Origin: Sphagnum compactum
Lineage: Eukaryota
Direction: 5' to 3'
NCBI GenBank assembly: GCA_965153455.1
Contig: OZ234493.1
Coordinates: 20,326,213-20,390,212, forward strand
DNA length: 64,000 bases
Shown here: piece by piece, positions 1-13,861 of the stretch
How positions within the stretch are numbered: position 1 is the stretch's first letter
How the letters are laid out: each line of letters begins with the position of its first letter
The notes under the pieces: generated by a model
The model's database searches: none
Seen by the model: the letters and a program-made list of their open reading frames with translations, nothing else
What the model was told of the DNA's origin: nothing
Position numbers and translations under genes: made by a program

Positions 1-1347
1 AAAATGTTCATGTAATGTGACACATAGAAGCTTTCATGTTGAATTAGGTCCCTAAACAATTGTAAATAGAGGTAGTTCCCCTCATTAACTTTAGTTTGTT
101 CCATACCAATATAAAGTACAACCTTATGTTTTAGCCTTGTTAATTTTTTCATTTCATGTTTATAATCATTCCATGTTTTGAATAAAGTTCCATTTATGTA
201 CTTTTCTTACATACTTTTTAACCTTGTTTTGATTTATTGTGTTGTATGATCTTGACTTAAATTTAGGCATGTTTTTGTTATAGTTTGTCATAGTTATTGT
301 GCATTGTGAGGAATTTTAGGAAGTGAGAATTTTCATGCCCATGACAAGGTAGTTGCAAACTACAATGTCCATAAAATCTTGTAACATTACAATTGTTTTG
401 CAAGCCCTCAAGATGAAAGGCTCATGTAATAAAGTTGAGTATGCATTTATTAAAAAGGAGTTGTACTTGGTGATTATGAACATATATTATTATTAGGAAA
501 CTTATTTTTGTCAAAATTATTTAAAATGTTATATGGAGAACTTTTGTTATTTTACCTTCGTAGCTTTGTAACAATACACAAAGATTACACAAATGGACTT
601 ACTAAATGAAAAGTCCTCAATAAACAACCCAAAATTCAAAAACATGGTGGTGAATCATAATACACATCTCCATGCCATTTCAAACACAAATTGGATTATA
701 ATTGTCTTTTGAAAGCCCAAAATGAGCCAATTTTCTAAAGTTATTTTCAACATGAAAATGATACATTCTTAAAATTTAAATTCATGGACATTGAATATAA
801 AAATAACTTGGAAAGTTGGCTCCTTCTCAATTTTGGAAAATTTTGATTTTTTGGTCAAAGATGGAGATCACAAATGACAATGTCACTTGCCACATATTTT
901 GACAAGAGGGAATCATTATATATTGTGTTTGTGATGTGAAGTGATTAGGGTGTAGTTTAAAACAATTGAACAATTGGCACTTTCTCATTCACCTCCTATT
1001 CAAATGTTTTGTCTCATCACATGTAGTTTGTTACAAGTGATTAATTTGAATTTCCCATTCACTTTCATTCAAGTACAAACAAAAAATGTCATGACATGAT
1101 TTTGCACATCATTAATTGTAACATATTATTTTATGGGTATTGAAAACTTCAAGAGTTTATAATTTGTCAAGTAATTATATTACCCAAATGCATATAGATG
1201 GAAAAATAAGTAAGCAAGACAAGGGAGAGGAAACTTATAAGAAGTTGAAATGCAATTTGGTATGTAATGACTAGTAAATTGACATAAGGTAAGTCAACAT
1301 GTAGAGAGATAACATACCAATATGCAATAAATTGACATGTAGTAAAA

Positions 1348-1968
1348 TTGGGTGTATGTACTTTAAGGTGGCTCATTTTAAAAAAAAACAAAAGTCCACA
1401 AAAGTCCATTCTACAATGTAAAATTCTGAATTTTTCTAGTATCATGGGTTCAATGGTAATAGAGTCATATTAATAGAAGCCCACTTATATATTTTATATA
1501 TACACCTTTTTAAAAAATTGAAATTTGAGAAAAAAAAACTATGTTAGGGACTTATGAAAATATGGCTCAATTTTGACTATTCAAAAGTCCCAAATTCGAT
1601 TGTGACTATGATTTTTGAAGGAGGACTTTCATATAGAATTTTATTGTTTGATGTTATATCATATATCAATTGAGTCATTATACATAATTTGGAATGGAAT
1701 TCAATATGAACATTTCTATTTTCTACCAATCTAGTTGTCGACCAGTCCATGTTTTTGCATTTCAAAAATTCATTGTGAAAAGTGGGTGCACTTTCATTGA
1801 AAAATAATTACATAAATAATTTGATAATCAAGTTGTTAATGTATAATCAATTTCAAATTCTTAATTTGATAAGTTTTATTATTTGTTAAAGGTGTCCAAA
1901 GAAAGGGCATTTTACAAAATTGGCATCAGGATTCAAAAGATGAGCCACCTTAGTGTGCATTCACCCAA
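1348..1968. mobile_element. Non-coding element bounded by ~30-bp imperfect terminal inverted repeats (MITE-like)
   Basis: TTGGGTGTATGTACTTTAAGGTGGCTCATTTT at 1348 pairs with AAGATGAGCCACCTTAGTGTGCATTCACCCAA ending at 1968. The interior is AT-rich and no clear TSD was found. Confidence 0.45.
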
Positions 1969-2729
1969 CCTACTAATAAATTACAAGTTGGTTTATAATA
2001 TGTTGGCATACATAGATATCCAATCCCTTGGCAAAATGAGGATTAGCCAAATCAATAATGATAGTTGGCTATAAAAAGGTTATAATTTCTTTGAGTCAAC
2101 ATAACTATTGCATCACAAGTTTAAAAAGGGAAAAGACATATTCATTAGCAATCAGCATTAGGGAGATGGATGTCCAATGGTCTAGTTTTGTAATGTTCCA
2201 TTTAATACAACAATGATTTTGTCATAAAACGAGTTTACATGGTGTGTGTGTGTGTGCTTATGAAAAAGATCTTCATAAAAAGATGAGTAGTTGTAATATA
2301 TAACTAATAAAATTTTAGTTTGGACAATGACCTTATAAATACCCACCTCATAATTTATAAATTAATAAATTGAAAATAATTATCTATATTAATGGAAATC
2401 CATATGATTTTATAGAAAATTTATATGATCATGGAATTTTCGTTTGATGTTTTTGGATTCCAAGAACGAATGAAAATATGTATTAGTATTTTAACCTTAT
2501 GTTAATTTGATTGTCACTGGTAATGTGGAGTAACACAAAGCCCAACTTTTTTTTTTGGTAAGAAATGTAATGTTTTTTTCATTATCTTATTCATTTGACA
2601 TGATTAGCTTATTCCACATATATATATAGGAAAATTATAAATTCACACCTTTTTGGTTAAATTCACACCCTTCGCGCGTCCGATTTTATGCAGATTAAAC
2701 TTTAAGAGTATGTTCCTTTATCAGTTCAA

Positions 2730-3125
2730 TTATTTCTGCGGGCAAGTTCTCGAGTTGTGCCCTGATTGACCACAGACCCCACATTTGCGTCCTTCCACAT
2801 ATTCAAAGTGAGACTTGTCTCTGGTCGTGCTTGTCGCAGGTCTATCGCGTTTCTTGACCACGACCAAGGGCTCTTGAACTTGAACATCAGGCGTATCCCA
2901 GACCTGATTGAGGCGGGCAATCAAACTGCATGCTCAAGGATTCCCATTATCGAGTACTTGTTGTAGGGTAGCCATCATCGTCTGCATGAATAAACTTCAT
3001 GGTGACGCCAGTTCGTGTGGCGGCGCAACTACATTGACACTTGGAAGGATCAGGGGGTTATTGTCCAACAGCCACTGCTCATGAATGTCCTGCAGGAGAA
3101 TCGGAGTCTCGGTAAAATTGGGCAT
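2730..3125 (-). mobile_element. Degenerate C-terminal fragment of a MULE/Mutator-like transposase with a zinc knuckle
   Basis: One frame with two internal stops reads ...LLQDIHEQWLL...KKRDRPATSTTRDKSHFEYVEGRKCGVCGQSGHNSRTCPQK. The DIHxxW, RP..ST.RD.S.FE and CxxCxxxGHNxRTC motifs are typical of MULE C-termini. It is a GC-rich island in AT-rich DNA. Confidence 0.55.
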
Positions 3126-6100
3126 CACTTAATGTATAATATTATTGGGTTGAAACCATTGGTGTAATGTTTAGTAACCACCTTGCAGTTGATACCAAGG
3201 TCCAAAATTGATTACTTCCAAGAAGATTATAAAGCTTCTCTTGTGTTTAGTTGGCAAACTACATATCCCACGTTCTTGGGTTGTTGCTTGTTACTTGCCC
3301 AATTTTGAAAACTCATAACAAATATTTGCATAAATGTGTGACTTATGTAGTTTTAATATTTTTTTAACTTTTTAATTTTCATTTCATTTTTTTTGTAAAT
3401 AATAATGACCAAAAAAAACTTAGATTTGACCCAAACGTTTTTGTGTGTGCAAAATTTTGCATTATTGTGAAAATTTTGAAACTTTTGTAGCAAATTCAAA
3501 AACGTCTGGAAGGGCTGAGTCAAGGTATTCCAACAATCGTACCTTTTCTTTCTTCTTTCTCTTTAGGTCTTTTTTCCGCTTCTTCGCCTTCCCCAATACA
3601 AACCGTGGAAGCTACTTCTTGTGGTCTGGAAGCTACTCTTATGCTCTTCCTGTGGTCTGCACAAAAATGGCGAGCTGTACCGTGATGCTTTGAATTTGAT
3701 GCTTTCCATAAATGTTGTGACCTCTGCATGCCCTTCGCTTCCTACTTTCTGCTATGGTGTTAAGAGTTTTTTGTTTGCCTCCACAGGATTACATTTTGAG
3801 ACCTTCATTGCTGGAAATGCATGCAGCTGATTTCATGAATAGTATCAAGGTGAATAATCTCTCGCAATCTCTATCAAACTCTCCTGCATGTTCCTTCTTG
3901 CACATGGATTCTTCTTCACAGATTTGCCTTTCCTGATGGTGCAGCTGCAGATGACATTCTTTTGCAACATTCTTCAGCACTATTAGTTTTGTTTGTCGAT
4001 TTTACTTGGATGGTGAGTGCATTGCTCTGTCATGAATATATTCATTCAGATAGTGTCATTTGTTTGCCATCTTTTGTCTGATGATCATCTCTTGTCTGTG
4101 TTGAAATCGGGGTTGCAGAGCAAGGTTCAAGTGATACAGTTATGCTTGCAAGAAAACCATCACCTGCTGCATCTCAATACTTCAGAACTTGGTCACCAAA
4201 ATTTTCAACGCAGATTTTTGGGGATTGCACACCTGCACTTGGGTACTGTTTTTGGTCACTTATTTCCTGAGATTGACACAATTATTTGCTTGGAACTAGC
4301 AGGTTTGTGCATGGCTTGCTAAATGTTTCCAAGGGAATCAAGCGAAGGGAGCTTTGGGATTGATCAGGTAGTGTTGTTGAAAAAACGTATGCCCTCTCTG
4401 AGTTGCATGGCATGTCTTACATATGATGAGAGTCGCACCAGAGAGATCTGCAGACCATGGTCTTGTTTTTGGGAGTTGCTTAGTTGCATCTGCAACCTTT
4501 TGCTTGAACTTAGAATCCAAATGTTTATTGGTCAAGGGCAATTTTGTGCTCTGCTCATTGTTGTTGTTGTTGAGCAATGCTGCTGCTGAATGCTTGTTGA
4601 TTTGACTATGCAGGTTATCAAGCAGTACTAGTGGTGTGTATGGGAGCAAATGCTGTTATGCTGCCTGTTAGATTTATCAAGCAAGCTTCCACTAGATCAA
4701 TATGTGTTGTGTAATTTAGGACTTCAAGTTTCCCCATCTTTTCAGTCCTTATGTTCATTCCCTGCTCCCTCTCGCGGATTGATTATGCAATCCAACTTTT
4801 CATAGAATAGCAGCAACTGGAACCAAACAGAGCATCCACACCCTGTGTTCCACTATCTTTGTTGTACACAACTTGGCAATGTACAAGGGTTTTGGAGCTC
4901 GACCTATTTTTGGTTGGCACAACTCTACTTAGGAATGTACTTAGCAAGCAAGTTTTTTGGAGCTTACTTCTGTTCTTCCAATTTCATTTTGGTTTAAGAA
5001 GAAATAGCCTCTTATCAAGCATCTCATTAGATTAGGTCTCTCTCATCAACAACAGGAATTTGAGTTGTATCATGTGGATATTACCATTCCACTTCCTCCC
5101 CATATTTCTAAGTAATCCATGGATAGCTTGTCAATTATTCAATGTCAAACACTGCACTTGGATCTGGCGGACAGTCAATTATGACTCACTATGTAAAACA
5201 CCTCAATGGTATCCATATTTTCTTTTGCAGTTATCCAAGTATCTTATACCTTTGCAACTGTGTGACCTGTGAATGTCAGAGGAGAAAGGGAAGAGGTGTG
5301 GGCAATCTTCAGTTAGCAATATGGGGGTAATTTAAAGAATGGTGCTGTGGGTTGTAAGCAATGGGGTAATGACATACCTTTGCATGGGTTTTAGCGCACC
5401 AGGAAGTGTAGGTTGTTCAGGAACAATCTACACTCCACATTGTTCACAACCAGGCAGCATACAATCAAGCAGAGCAATCTACTGCACTGTTGTAGTAGCA
5501 CATCTCAAGAATTAAGTTCAGTAGGCAGCAGATCAACTTCCATTTCTGATTTCTCATGCACAGCTTCCTAAGTCATAACAATACAATATTATTGCATGAT
5601 TCACTATACAGAACTTCCACCTGAAGGCAACTTAGAAAAGCAAGACCAATGACTTGTCAATCCCAACATGAAGAATTCATATGTTAGTCTGCAAACATCA
5701 GAAACGTAATGTTAACACACTGTAGCAAAAAAGAGTCTCTATTCAGGGTGCAGAGGTTGTGGTGTGGGGTTAACACAGACTTTGGAGTGCATATCAGATG
5801 ACATCAGGAGTCCTCGGTAGTATCATCCAGTTGTTTGCCACTCACAACGCCCTGTTTGCTCAAACCGCAAGCTGATTTCTTAGAGCCTCCTTTTGAGCCT
5901 CCTTTTGAGCTTACACATTTGCAAACCCTAAGTTCAGTTTACAAGCATACCCCAAGCATGTTAGTTCTTACTGCATACACATACAAAGCAGCTTGATAGA
6001 CTATAGCTCTCACAGCTGACAATGTTGTGACCAGGATTCACAAACGTGGCTGCTCCATATGCATTGAATTTGCAAGCTTCATTCCCAAAAGACTTAAATA

Positions 6101-6412
6101 GGAACCTCAGGACTTATATGACTTTCTACCTCCACATGATGGAAATGAGTTCATTGTAGACTAAGATCAGACACCAGGGACCAGAAGGTGAAAAGTTGGT
6201 GTTCAAGCTTTGTTGAAACTGTTCTTGCAGCTTACAACATTCAAAGATCCAACTTAGTCTTTAGAGTATTTTCCAACTTCGTGGTGGGTACACCAAATTC
6301 ATGTACCCACCCTGGAATTTGTTGAAACTTGATCCTTTGAAGTGAGGAGGTGTGGCTTGCAAGTAATTATCCAAGATTATCGATTTTATCACCAGTTTCA
6401 AGGAGAAGGAAC

Positions 6413-7556
6413 TCACTCTTTCGCGAAAACTTCGTTCAATGCGGAGCTCGTTGTCAGGGAGGCTCTCAAAAGCTGCAAAGCCTGCGATACCCAAGACAAT
6501 TCCATTTCATGAACCGCCATAAGGTTCTTACTTGTAAACGGCTTGTTCACAAATGGGTTCCGGAACTTTGGAGATGCAACGATATGCGTAGTTATCAGAC
6601 CTAGCTCTCATTCATCGTCACAAGAACGGTAGAGCCTCACCTTCGCAGTTCATCAAGAGTCAGTATCCGCAAGTGCAGAGGAAGATCTAAGCTGGCATGC
6701 TCTGTAGACAGAGACGCGTGAGACTCTACCTGGGTGACGCCTACTGCGATTTCCAGGCTGTCGAGGTCGCTCATGTTCTCAACTTTGAGCTTATTGAGAA
6801 GCACAATGCTCTTAATGGTGGAGGTTGGGTATATTTCCATATCGTCAGTAATCATATAAGTCGTGTTTTCCTTCACGTAACCAGCTCCTGCAGGTTTAGA
6901 CTCAAGTTCCGTAGACAACGATTCTTGGGATGCAGTAAGTGCGCTAGTCATCGGATATTTGCATCTTGGACAAAGATCACCGAGGTTCCTTGTCATGATA
7001 ATTCGATTGCCAGGACTCGTACAAGAACGAAAGTTGCTGCATATGTAATATGTCGTTGGGTCCGACTCGGCACCCTGAATCCGCAGAAGTGAGCTTGCAC
7101 GATAGCCCCATGCAGGTTGCGGGCTCAGTAGAATGTCCTTGCAGCCAATATTCATGAAACTAGCGTTGAGATTGTCGACGCTTTTGAAAATGTGAGATAG
7201 CTCCCACAGGCCATTCGTCCAAACCTGAACTAAGGTTGCAGCATTAGCACCGGAACGAGTACAAGAGCAAGCCGTCAAGCGGTTGCTGAACGAATCCGGA
7301 CCATAGCATGCTATGTAGGTTGCAACAAATTACTTTGCAGCTTCGTACCTTGAGAGATAAGTTTTATAACTGCTCCAGTAGGCAGCATGAGAAAGCTAAA
7401 AAGCATGTCGACAAAATCCTTGCCAGCCTCCATGTACAGCACCCGCTTGGTGGATTTCTGCACCAGCAGTTGCACTCGAACCAAATCCGCATGGTGTTGC
7501 GCTGATTCACATGACTTTGGTACCACAACTGGTGGTGCTCCTGGTTTTGTACCCAT
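6413..7556 (-). CDS. DUF674-family protein, 3 exons (7556-7349, ~7224/7229-6730, 6481-6413), possible frameshift near 7190
   Basis: Family motifs: LLVQKSTKRVLYMEAGKDFVDMLFSFLMLPTGAVIKL, FKSVDNL, GYVKENTTYMITDDMEIYPTSTIKSIVLLNKL and terminal ALQLLRASLTTSSALNEVF. Introns are GT-AG. Confidence 0.85.
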
Positions 7557-8815
7557 ACTTTATTCAAGCTCAACCGATCACATTTGCCAACCCTGCTCAT
7601 CAGTAATCACATGAATCAATAGTAGTACAAAACATAAGCAATTTCCAAGGAAACAGATCACCCAGGAACTCCAAGTTCTACTAGCTAACTCGCCTAGGAT
7701 ATTGCTTCTGCAGACGACAAAAGACAGAAGTCCATGCTCACAGGTTCACGGTTTATACGAGAGAGGCAAGGGAAAGCGCACTGACGTGTTGAATGGAACT
7801 TGCAGCTCGAAACTAAGAGCACTACAAATCTAAATCTGTAACTTAACCTTGCGAAATTCACAAATTTGAGCTTGAGAATTCCACCGACTTCAAAACTTGG
7901 CAGATCCTGTGACAGCCTGAGGTGTGATCACACTAATTGAGATGCAAGAAAAGGTACAACCTTCGCTAATTCGAGTTGTCGCCAGCACGCCGCACAGTAG
8001 TTCGATAGCAGCACAATTTAAGGACTTAGTTTCAATTAGGCTCATGTAAAATAGATTTCAGAGAGTGTACTCGCAGCGGCTGGATACAGACAAATTTATG
8101 TTTAGGATGGGAAGCTGCCTCTTGAAAATCTTCTAGCCAGCTGGAGCACGTCTGAGTGCAGGAATAAATGCGTCTTCTGGGATTAGGACATTGGATGATC
8201 TCGAATCCGAAAATCTGCAACTGCATAAAAATGGCCTACCCTAGCCGAGCTAGGGGTCTGTAGCTGTAACCGCATTTTGGCGAGGAATTAGTTGTTGGCA
8301 GCGATCTGTGACTTGTATGCTAGATCTTTATGAATGCTGCATGGGTTCCAGCATTGTTTGCCACGATCCGGTGTGAGAAACAAGGCTGCATGCATGAAGG
8401 ATCGCCGCCAAGAACCATGCCCATGCAAGTGGCAGATCGGTGATAACAGATCAGCAGCTCTAGTGTAGGCGTGTAGCCCATTTTGATGCAGTTGCATGAG
8501 CCCATTTCGGATTCTAGATCATCCGATTCCGAGAGCAGGCAGCTTCCCATTTTCATCAAAAATATATACCGTAACTGTGATGCTCTCAAATTCCTGTGCG
8601 ACGTGCAAGCGACTACTAAACTACCAAGGTTGTAAGTACGTCCTGCAGTTTTAGTGTTACCGCACCTCAGACTGTCAGAGGATCTGACAGGTTTTGACGT
8701 CCGTGGAATGTTCAAGCTTGAATTTGTGAAATGTCGCGCGGCTAAGTTACAGATTTTGATTTGTAGTGCTCTTCGGCCCACTTTACACAAGAAGTCAAGG
8801 AGAAGGTTCAACTCA

Positions 8816-9152
8816 AATTAAGCATTTCTATTGGTGCAAAAGTTGAAATCAACCCCCAAGGGCCTTACACTATGAGTCAAGGCTGAAATAGAAAAAACAA
8901 ATTCAATCTGCTCCCACGTTACTAATAAATGCCGAACTTTATGGCCTTGTATTGGCCCCAGGGCTAAAAAAAGATACCAACTGAGTTTGAGAAGCCAATT
9001 TGCAACCCTTGAGGCCAATGTTTCTGCATTTATTAATATTATGATGTCAATGTTCTAGCAACTATTAATAATTTTGGGCTTTGAACAAGCCAAAAATGCT
9101 TAAAGTTAGCCCCAAGTTTTTTCAGCCTTGACTCATACTCTAAAGTGGGTCC
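8816..9152. mobile_element. Non-autonomous Harbinger/Tourist-like element fragment, related to 36617-36848
   Basis: CTATTGGTGCAAAAGTTGAAATCAACCCCCAAG and neighbouring sequence match the reverse complement of ~36620-36800. Both end in CTAAAGTGGG(T/C)C, resembling the Harbinger TIR. Confidence 0.45.
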
Positions 9153-9303
9153 TTGTTTTCAGTTGCAAGTTCCCATCCACCCATTGGAGTGTTTTCTCTT
9201 GCCCTTACATGATGAATGGTGTGAAGAAAGTAGAAAAATTCATGTGATTAACAGTAAAGATGATGTATAGAGATGAATCAAAACAGAGTAAAGATACAAC
9301 TTA

Positions 9304-9636
9304 GGCCCCCTTTATAGGAGGGTCTAGGGTCCAATTTCCTAGGAACCAATTTGGACTGATTTGAAGCAAATTGAATCCTTAAGTTGGACTGTACCTTTGT
9401 CCCTAGCCTGATTCTTGGTTCTCCAAAGCAGGAGCTCTCTTTTTAGCACTGTTTCTTGGTCCCAACCAATTGATTTTCCCTCCAAAACAGGTGCCATATG
9501 GGTCTAGCCTCAATTTGCCACTTTTTGGTCTTGGACCCTCATTTGAAGACCTTGGGACCAATTTAGAAACTTTTAACCAATAAGATTGCTTGAATTCATT
9601 GGTCCCTGGACCTTGGACCCTCGTCTAAAATCGCCT
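9304..9636. mobile_element. Harbinger-derived MITE (Tourist-like) with TTA target-site duplication
   Basis: Ends GGCCCCCTTTATAGGAGGGTC and GACCCTCGTCTAAAATCGCCT resemble the TIRs of 23537-27539, with TTA on both sides. The interior matches 62697-63303 in reverse orientation. Confidence 0.7.
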
Positions 9637-9924
9637 TTAAATACAAATCAATAAGCCCAGGGCAGTGCCCACCAGCATTGGAGATCAAAGATGGTGGTCG
9701 ATGAACACAGCAGTGTTACTGTAGTGGTAATTAAAGGTGTCATTGACCGTGATAGTTTTAACAAAATAGAGGTAAATTAGGAGATGTTTAGCAGCAATGG
9801 TCCTAATAGATTAAAAATTGGGAGTAATTTCTAGCATTCTCTTGTTCTTGACTTCATGATTTATACTAACTAATCTAAACAAATTGAAATTGAGCAATCC
9901 AGTTGAATGTATAGGTAGTGATTT

Positions 9925-10150
9925 TAGCTTGTAATGCTGGTCTTTAGTGTTTGGAATTTAGTGGTCCCTAGTGGCTTTGTGAAAACATCAGCTTGTTGTT
10001 ATAGTCTGCTGGGATTGTACATAATTTCAATCACATTGCTGCAAACCTTTTCTTAAATATAGTAATGTTGGATTTCTATGTGCTTTGTTTGCGCATGGAA
10101 AACTGGGTTATTCATTAGGTTGTTGTTATTTTGATTGTCACAATGCAATT
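9925..10150 (-). mobile_element. Ty1/Copia RNase H C-terminal remnant
   Basis: Minus strand reads HCDNQ...NPVFHAQTKHIEIQHYYI*EKV...IEIMY...QQADVFTKPL, the Copia RNase H signature, with a stop and an indel. Confidence 0.8.
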
Positions 10151-10821
10151 GTGTCTGCAATGCAATTGTGTCAGATAGTCTCTCAAAAGTTGGAGCTCTT
10201 CTGAAACAAAATAAACCTTGATGTGAGGACAGAGAGGTGTCAAATTTTCCTTGTCCTTGTCCTTATTAACTTCTGTACGGTGCCCTCCAGATATACAAGG
10301 AATTTCTCATAGTGCTTCTGTGTGCTTCTTTGTGTTGAGAAAGTTCGCTCCAAGTTTCAAACTGTGTTAGGTGTACACACTGCAAACGTACATTATATAC
10401 ACCCGTGGTTCTTGCCCGTGCCATTACCTAGTGTACGCCAACAACGGCAAAGAACGCCGGTTGGCAAAAATAGTTCTTGGAGCCAATGATGTGAGGCATC
10501 ATTCACCCGGTGGGCCCGTGCTTTTCTTTCCCTTTGAGGGAGGATCGGGGTGTTGGATTTTTGCTGTTCCCAATATGTTCCCATGAAATTTTCACTCTGT
10601 TTTCATGAAATTTGCAAGTTTTCAATATGTTCCTCAAGTTTCCAATGTGTTCCCCAACTTGTTCCCAATAGCTCTCACTTTATGCCATATCCTGTGCCCT
10701 CAGTTTTACTCTTGTACCCTATATAAAGGAGCCCAAAGGATGAGATTACAACAGATCTGTTTCAGGAATGTTCAAATCTTGATTTAAAAACTTTTGTGCT
10801 GAGCTAAACAAAGATGTTGAT

Positions 10822-11109
10822 CGGTGGTTTTTTTTTTGGGGCGAAATATTGCCAAATTTCGACCTGAAAAATATGGTTTCAACCTGTAGAAAGGATTTTC
10901 CATGAAAAAAATGGCCAAATTCGCCAGATTTCCAATAAAGAGGTTCCAGATCATCAGATTTTTATGATAAGTTCCACTAGGTAGCTAAGAATAGAGAAGG
11001 ATCCTTTTTTTTTCTACTTTCATATTTAGTCTGTAACCAAATCTGGCTATATCATCTTAGGGTTGATGGCCACTTCAGCTACATCGCAAAATTGGAAAAA
11101 AAAACCTTG
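10822..11109. mobile_element. Small hAT-like MITE
   Basis: Ends CGGTGG(T)n and (A)nCCTTG are flanked by a near-perfect 8-bp direct repeat, ATGTTGAT (10814-10821) and ATGCTGAT (11110-11117). Confidence 0.5.
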
Positions 11110-11595
11110 ATGCTGATCACAAAAGAAAAAGAATTAAACTTTGGGGGCCCAACAACTGATTAGTACGAGCACAATATACTACCATTAGTATATTATGTAA
11201 ACTGGGGGTACGTATTACTGCATTGAGAATTCATCTGGAAAAATAATATTGTGCATGGCTTGTCCTTCGTTGGAAGTGTCCTGCGTTGCTACCGTTACAT
11301 GTGATGCGAAAGTTCAACTGAAGTTTCAACCTAACATGCATTTGTGCCGTGCCGTGCGGTGCACTCCAGAGCACTGTAATTTGGAAAAGAATGTGCCTGT
11401 CTCCTCCTGATTCGACGCCTGAACATGCGTTAATGCATTGTCCGGGGCCAACATTTCTCTATAAAGTTTGGGGAGGAACTCGTTTTATTCGCAAAAGGAG
11501 GTTGGTGAAGCTCTGGAGTAGTGGTCCTTCCTGGAAGACATTTTATAGTCGTCCGGTTTGAACAGGCAAACGTGAAAAAATTTCAGCTACACAAA

Positions 11596-13861
11596 ATGGG
11601 TAAAGAAGCTGAGAGGTACGTGGGTGTTGTGTCCTTATCTCTTCCTTTCTATAGCAACCTAGCAACCAGATGCTTGGGTTATATCTTGGGGATACCACAC
11701 ATTCCAGTTGTGCAATTTGATCACAAAGCTGTTGGGGGAAATCTGCCGTAACCTTTTGCATTCTAAGCTTTGGAATACCCAAATTTTTTCACATCTCTTC
11801 ATTATTGTAGGCCTGTCGCTCCACTTTCAATACTCAGGACATATTGTGAAAGTTGTTTCGTATCAGTATAGGTCTCCTTCCATCTCTTGTGCTCGGCTCA
11901 AGCGTTTTTGGTCACGACGACAGTTTAGACAAGGTTTTCCTTGTTTGCCATGAATGCAAACTACATTTGCGTTGGATGCGTAGTATTCATAAGCCTCCTT
12001 CAGGATCTTTTCGCTTGGCCTTATTGTTCTTCCAGATCAATTGAAATTATTCAGTTCCTGAATTTCTATAAAATAGTACAACCTAAGCTATGACGTGATA
12101 ATTGGTAACAAACATGAAATTAGCCTCTCCTAAGGAGTCACTCTTTCTCTCAACGTTAATCGGAAGATCTGCTGGCTGATTTGCAAATATTTTTGTTGTT
12201 TCTCCATGTTATTGTTTTCAAGGGGATTCCTTTTTCCGCTGACTGGTTCTTGCTACATTTTTGTCAGATCTGAAATGTTCATAAGTACTGAGTACTGAGG
12301 GTGTGATGTGACAGTCTCAATTTTTTCTTGGATATGTTCTCTTAGTTGTATGCTCTCTCGGAAGCAGTTTTGAAAGTGAGATGGTTTCAGGTGGTGGTCC
12401 AAAGACACAGTGGCAGTGGTGACAGGAGCAAATAAAGGGATAGGCTTGGAGATTGTCCGCCAATTGGCGAAGGAGGGTATTACTGTTGTGCTTACAGCTC
12501 GCGATGAAACCCGTGGTAAAGAGGCCCTTGAATCTTTGAAAAGTCAAGAGCTTCACAATGTGAATTTTCATCCTCTTGATGTTGCTAGCCAAGAATCCAT
12601 ACTCGCACTTGCAGACTGGCTGCGCAAGACTTATGGAGGCATTGACATTCTTGTAAGCACATTTGAAGCATACACACTCAAACATTTTGCTTTTGTCCTG
12701 TGCTAAGTGAAACATTTTTAAGTTTCAACAAAATAAATCAGACAAAGTTGTTTGTGAAAGCTGAAGCATTTGTTAGTGACCACAAACTTTAAAAAATTCA
12801 ATTGGAAAACTGGAAATTATTGAGTTATTAATGTTGTATTGCAACTCCAGATCAATAATGCAGGCATTGCAAGTGTTGACAAGGATGTAACCTTTGAGAC
12901 TGTGAAACTTGTATTGGATACAAATTATTTTGGTGTCAAAAATGTCACAAAAGCTTTACTTCCTCTTCTACATGATGATACACCTGGTGGTGCTCGAGTC
13001 ATTGTTGTGGCATCTAGGTTGGGCCAACTCAAGGTAATGTCATTGGGCATCCCTGCTCCACAGCAACAAATAAATGGCCATTTTTTTTGCACTTAAGTGA
13101 AATCTTTTAGCTCTATTCCAAATGGATAGGTTTGCAGGGAGAATTAGGTTTTCTAAATTTGGGATGCCATGTCTAGCTGGTAGAATTTAAAAACCATTGC
13201 GAATGGTAATGGATTACTAGACTCTGAAAAATTATTACTAATTGAATCAAATAGCCATGCCATTCTGTGCAAACCAATAACCAAGAGAAGTCATATTGAT
13301 CAAAGTCATGGAGTGACAAGCTGAGTGTTTGTTTCACAGTGTCTAAAACATAGGTTGACTCCCACATCTAGTAAGATGCATTTTCTGATTATGTTATATG
13401 TATGTTCTTGTGTGTTGGTGAAACTTCAGAACCTCGAAAGCAAGGATTATGTCAAAACTCTCTCTGACAGGGAGCACCTTACTGAAGACTTTGTCGACAG
13501 TTTTGTAAATCACTACTCGAAGGACGTTGTAGATGGGTCTAAAAAAGAAGGGGGTTGGCCCAATTGGATTGATTGGCTCAATTCACCATTTGGAAGGCCA
13601 GTGGAGGCCTATTCAGTCTCCAAAGTTGCAGTCATTGCTTATGTCAGTGCCCTACATAACACTCTTGTTGCCCAACCTGGAAGTGGAAAAAAGACCAATG
13701 TCTTTAGCTGCTGCCCTGGTTATGTTGCCACAGACCTCAATAACAACAGGGGAACAAAAACAGTTGAAGAAGGTGCCGATACCCCAGTATGGTTAGCACT
13801 CCATTCTCCAGAAGAAGGTATTGGGAAATTCTGGGCTGAGAGAAAAGTAGTTGACTTCTAA
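11596..13861 (+). CDS. Short-chain dehydrogenase/reductase, carbonyl reductase/neomenthol dehydrogenase-like, ~298 aa; exons 11596-11615, 12391-12652, 12851-13033, 13430-13861
   Basis: The spliced frame is continuous (897 nt). Motifs: RWWSKDTVAVVTGANKGIG (TGxxxGxG), INNAG, VASRLG, YSVSK (YxxxK), CCPGYVATDL and EEGADTPVWLA. All introns are GT-AG. Confidence 0.92.

Noticed and set aside
8320-8811. 163-aa ORF upstream of DUF674
   Set aside because: Non-ATG start, no motifs, and a composition typical of chance ORFs.
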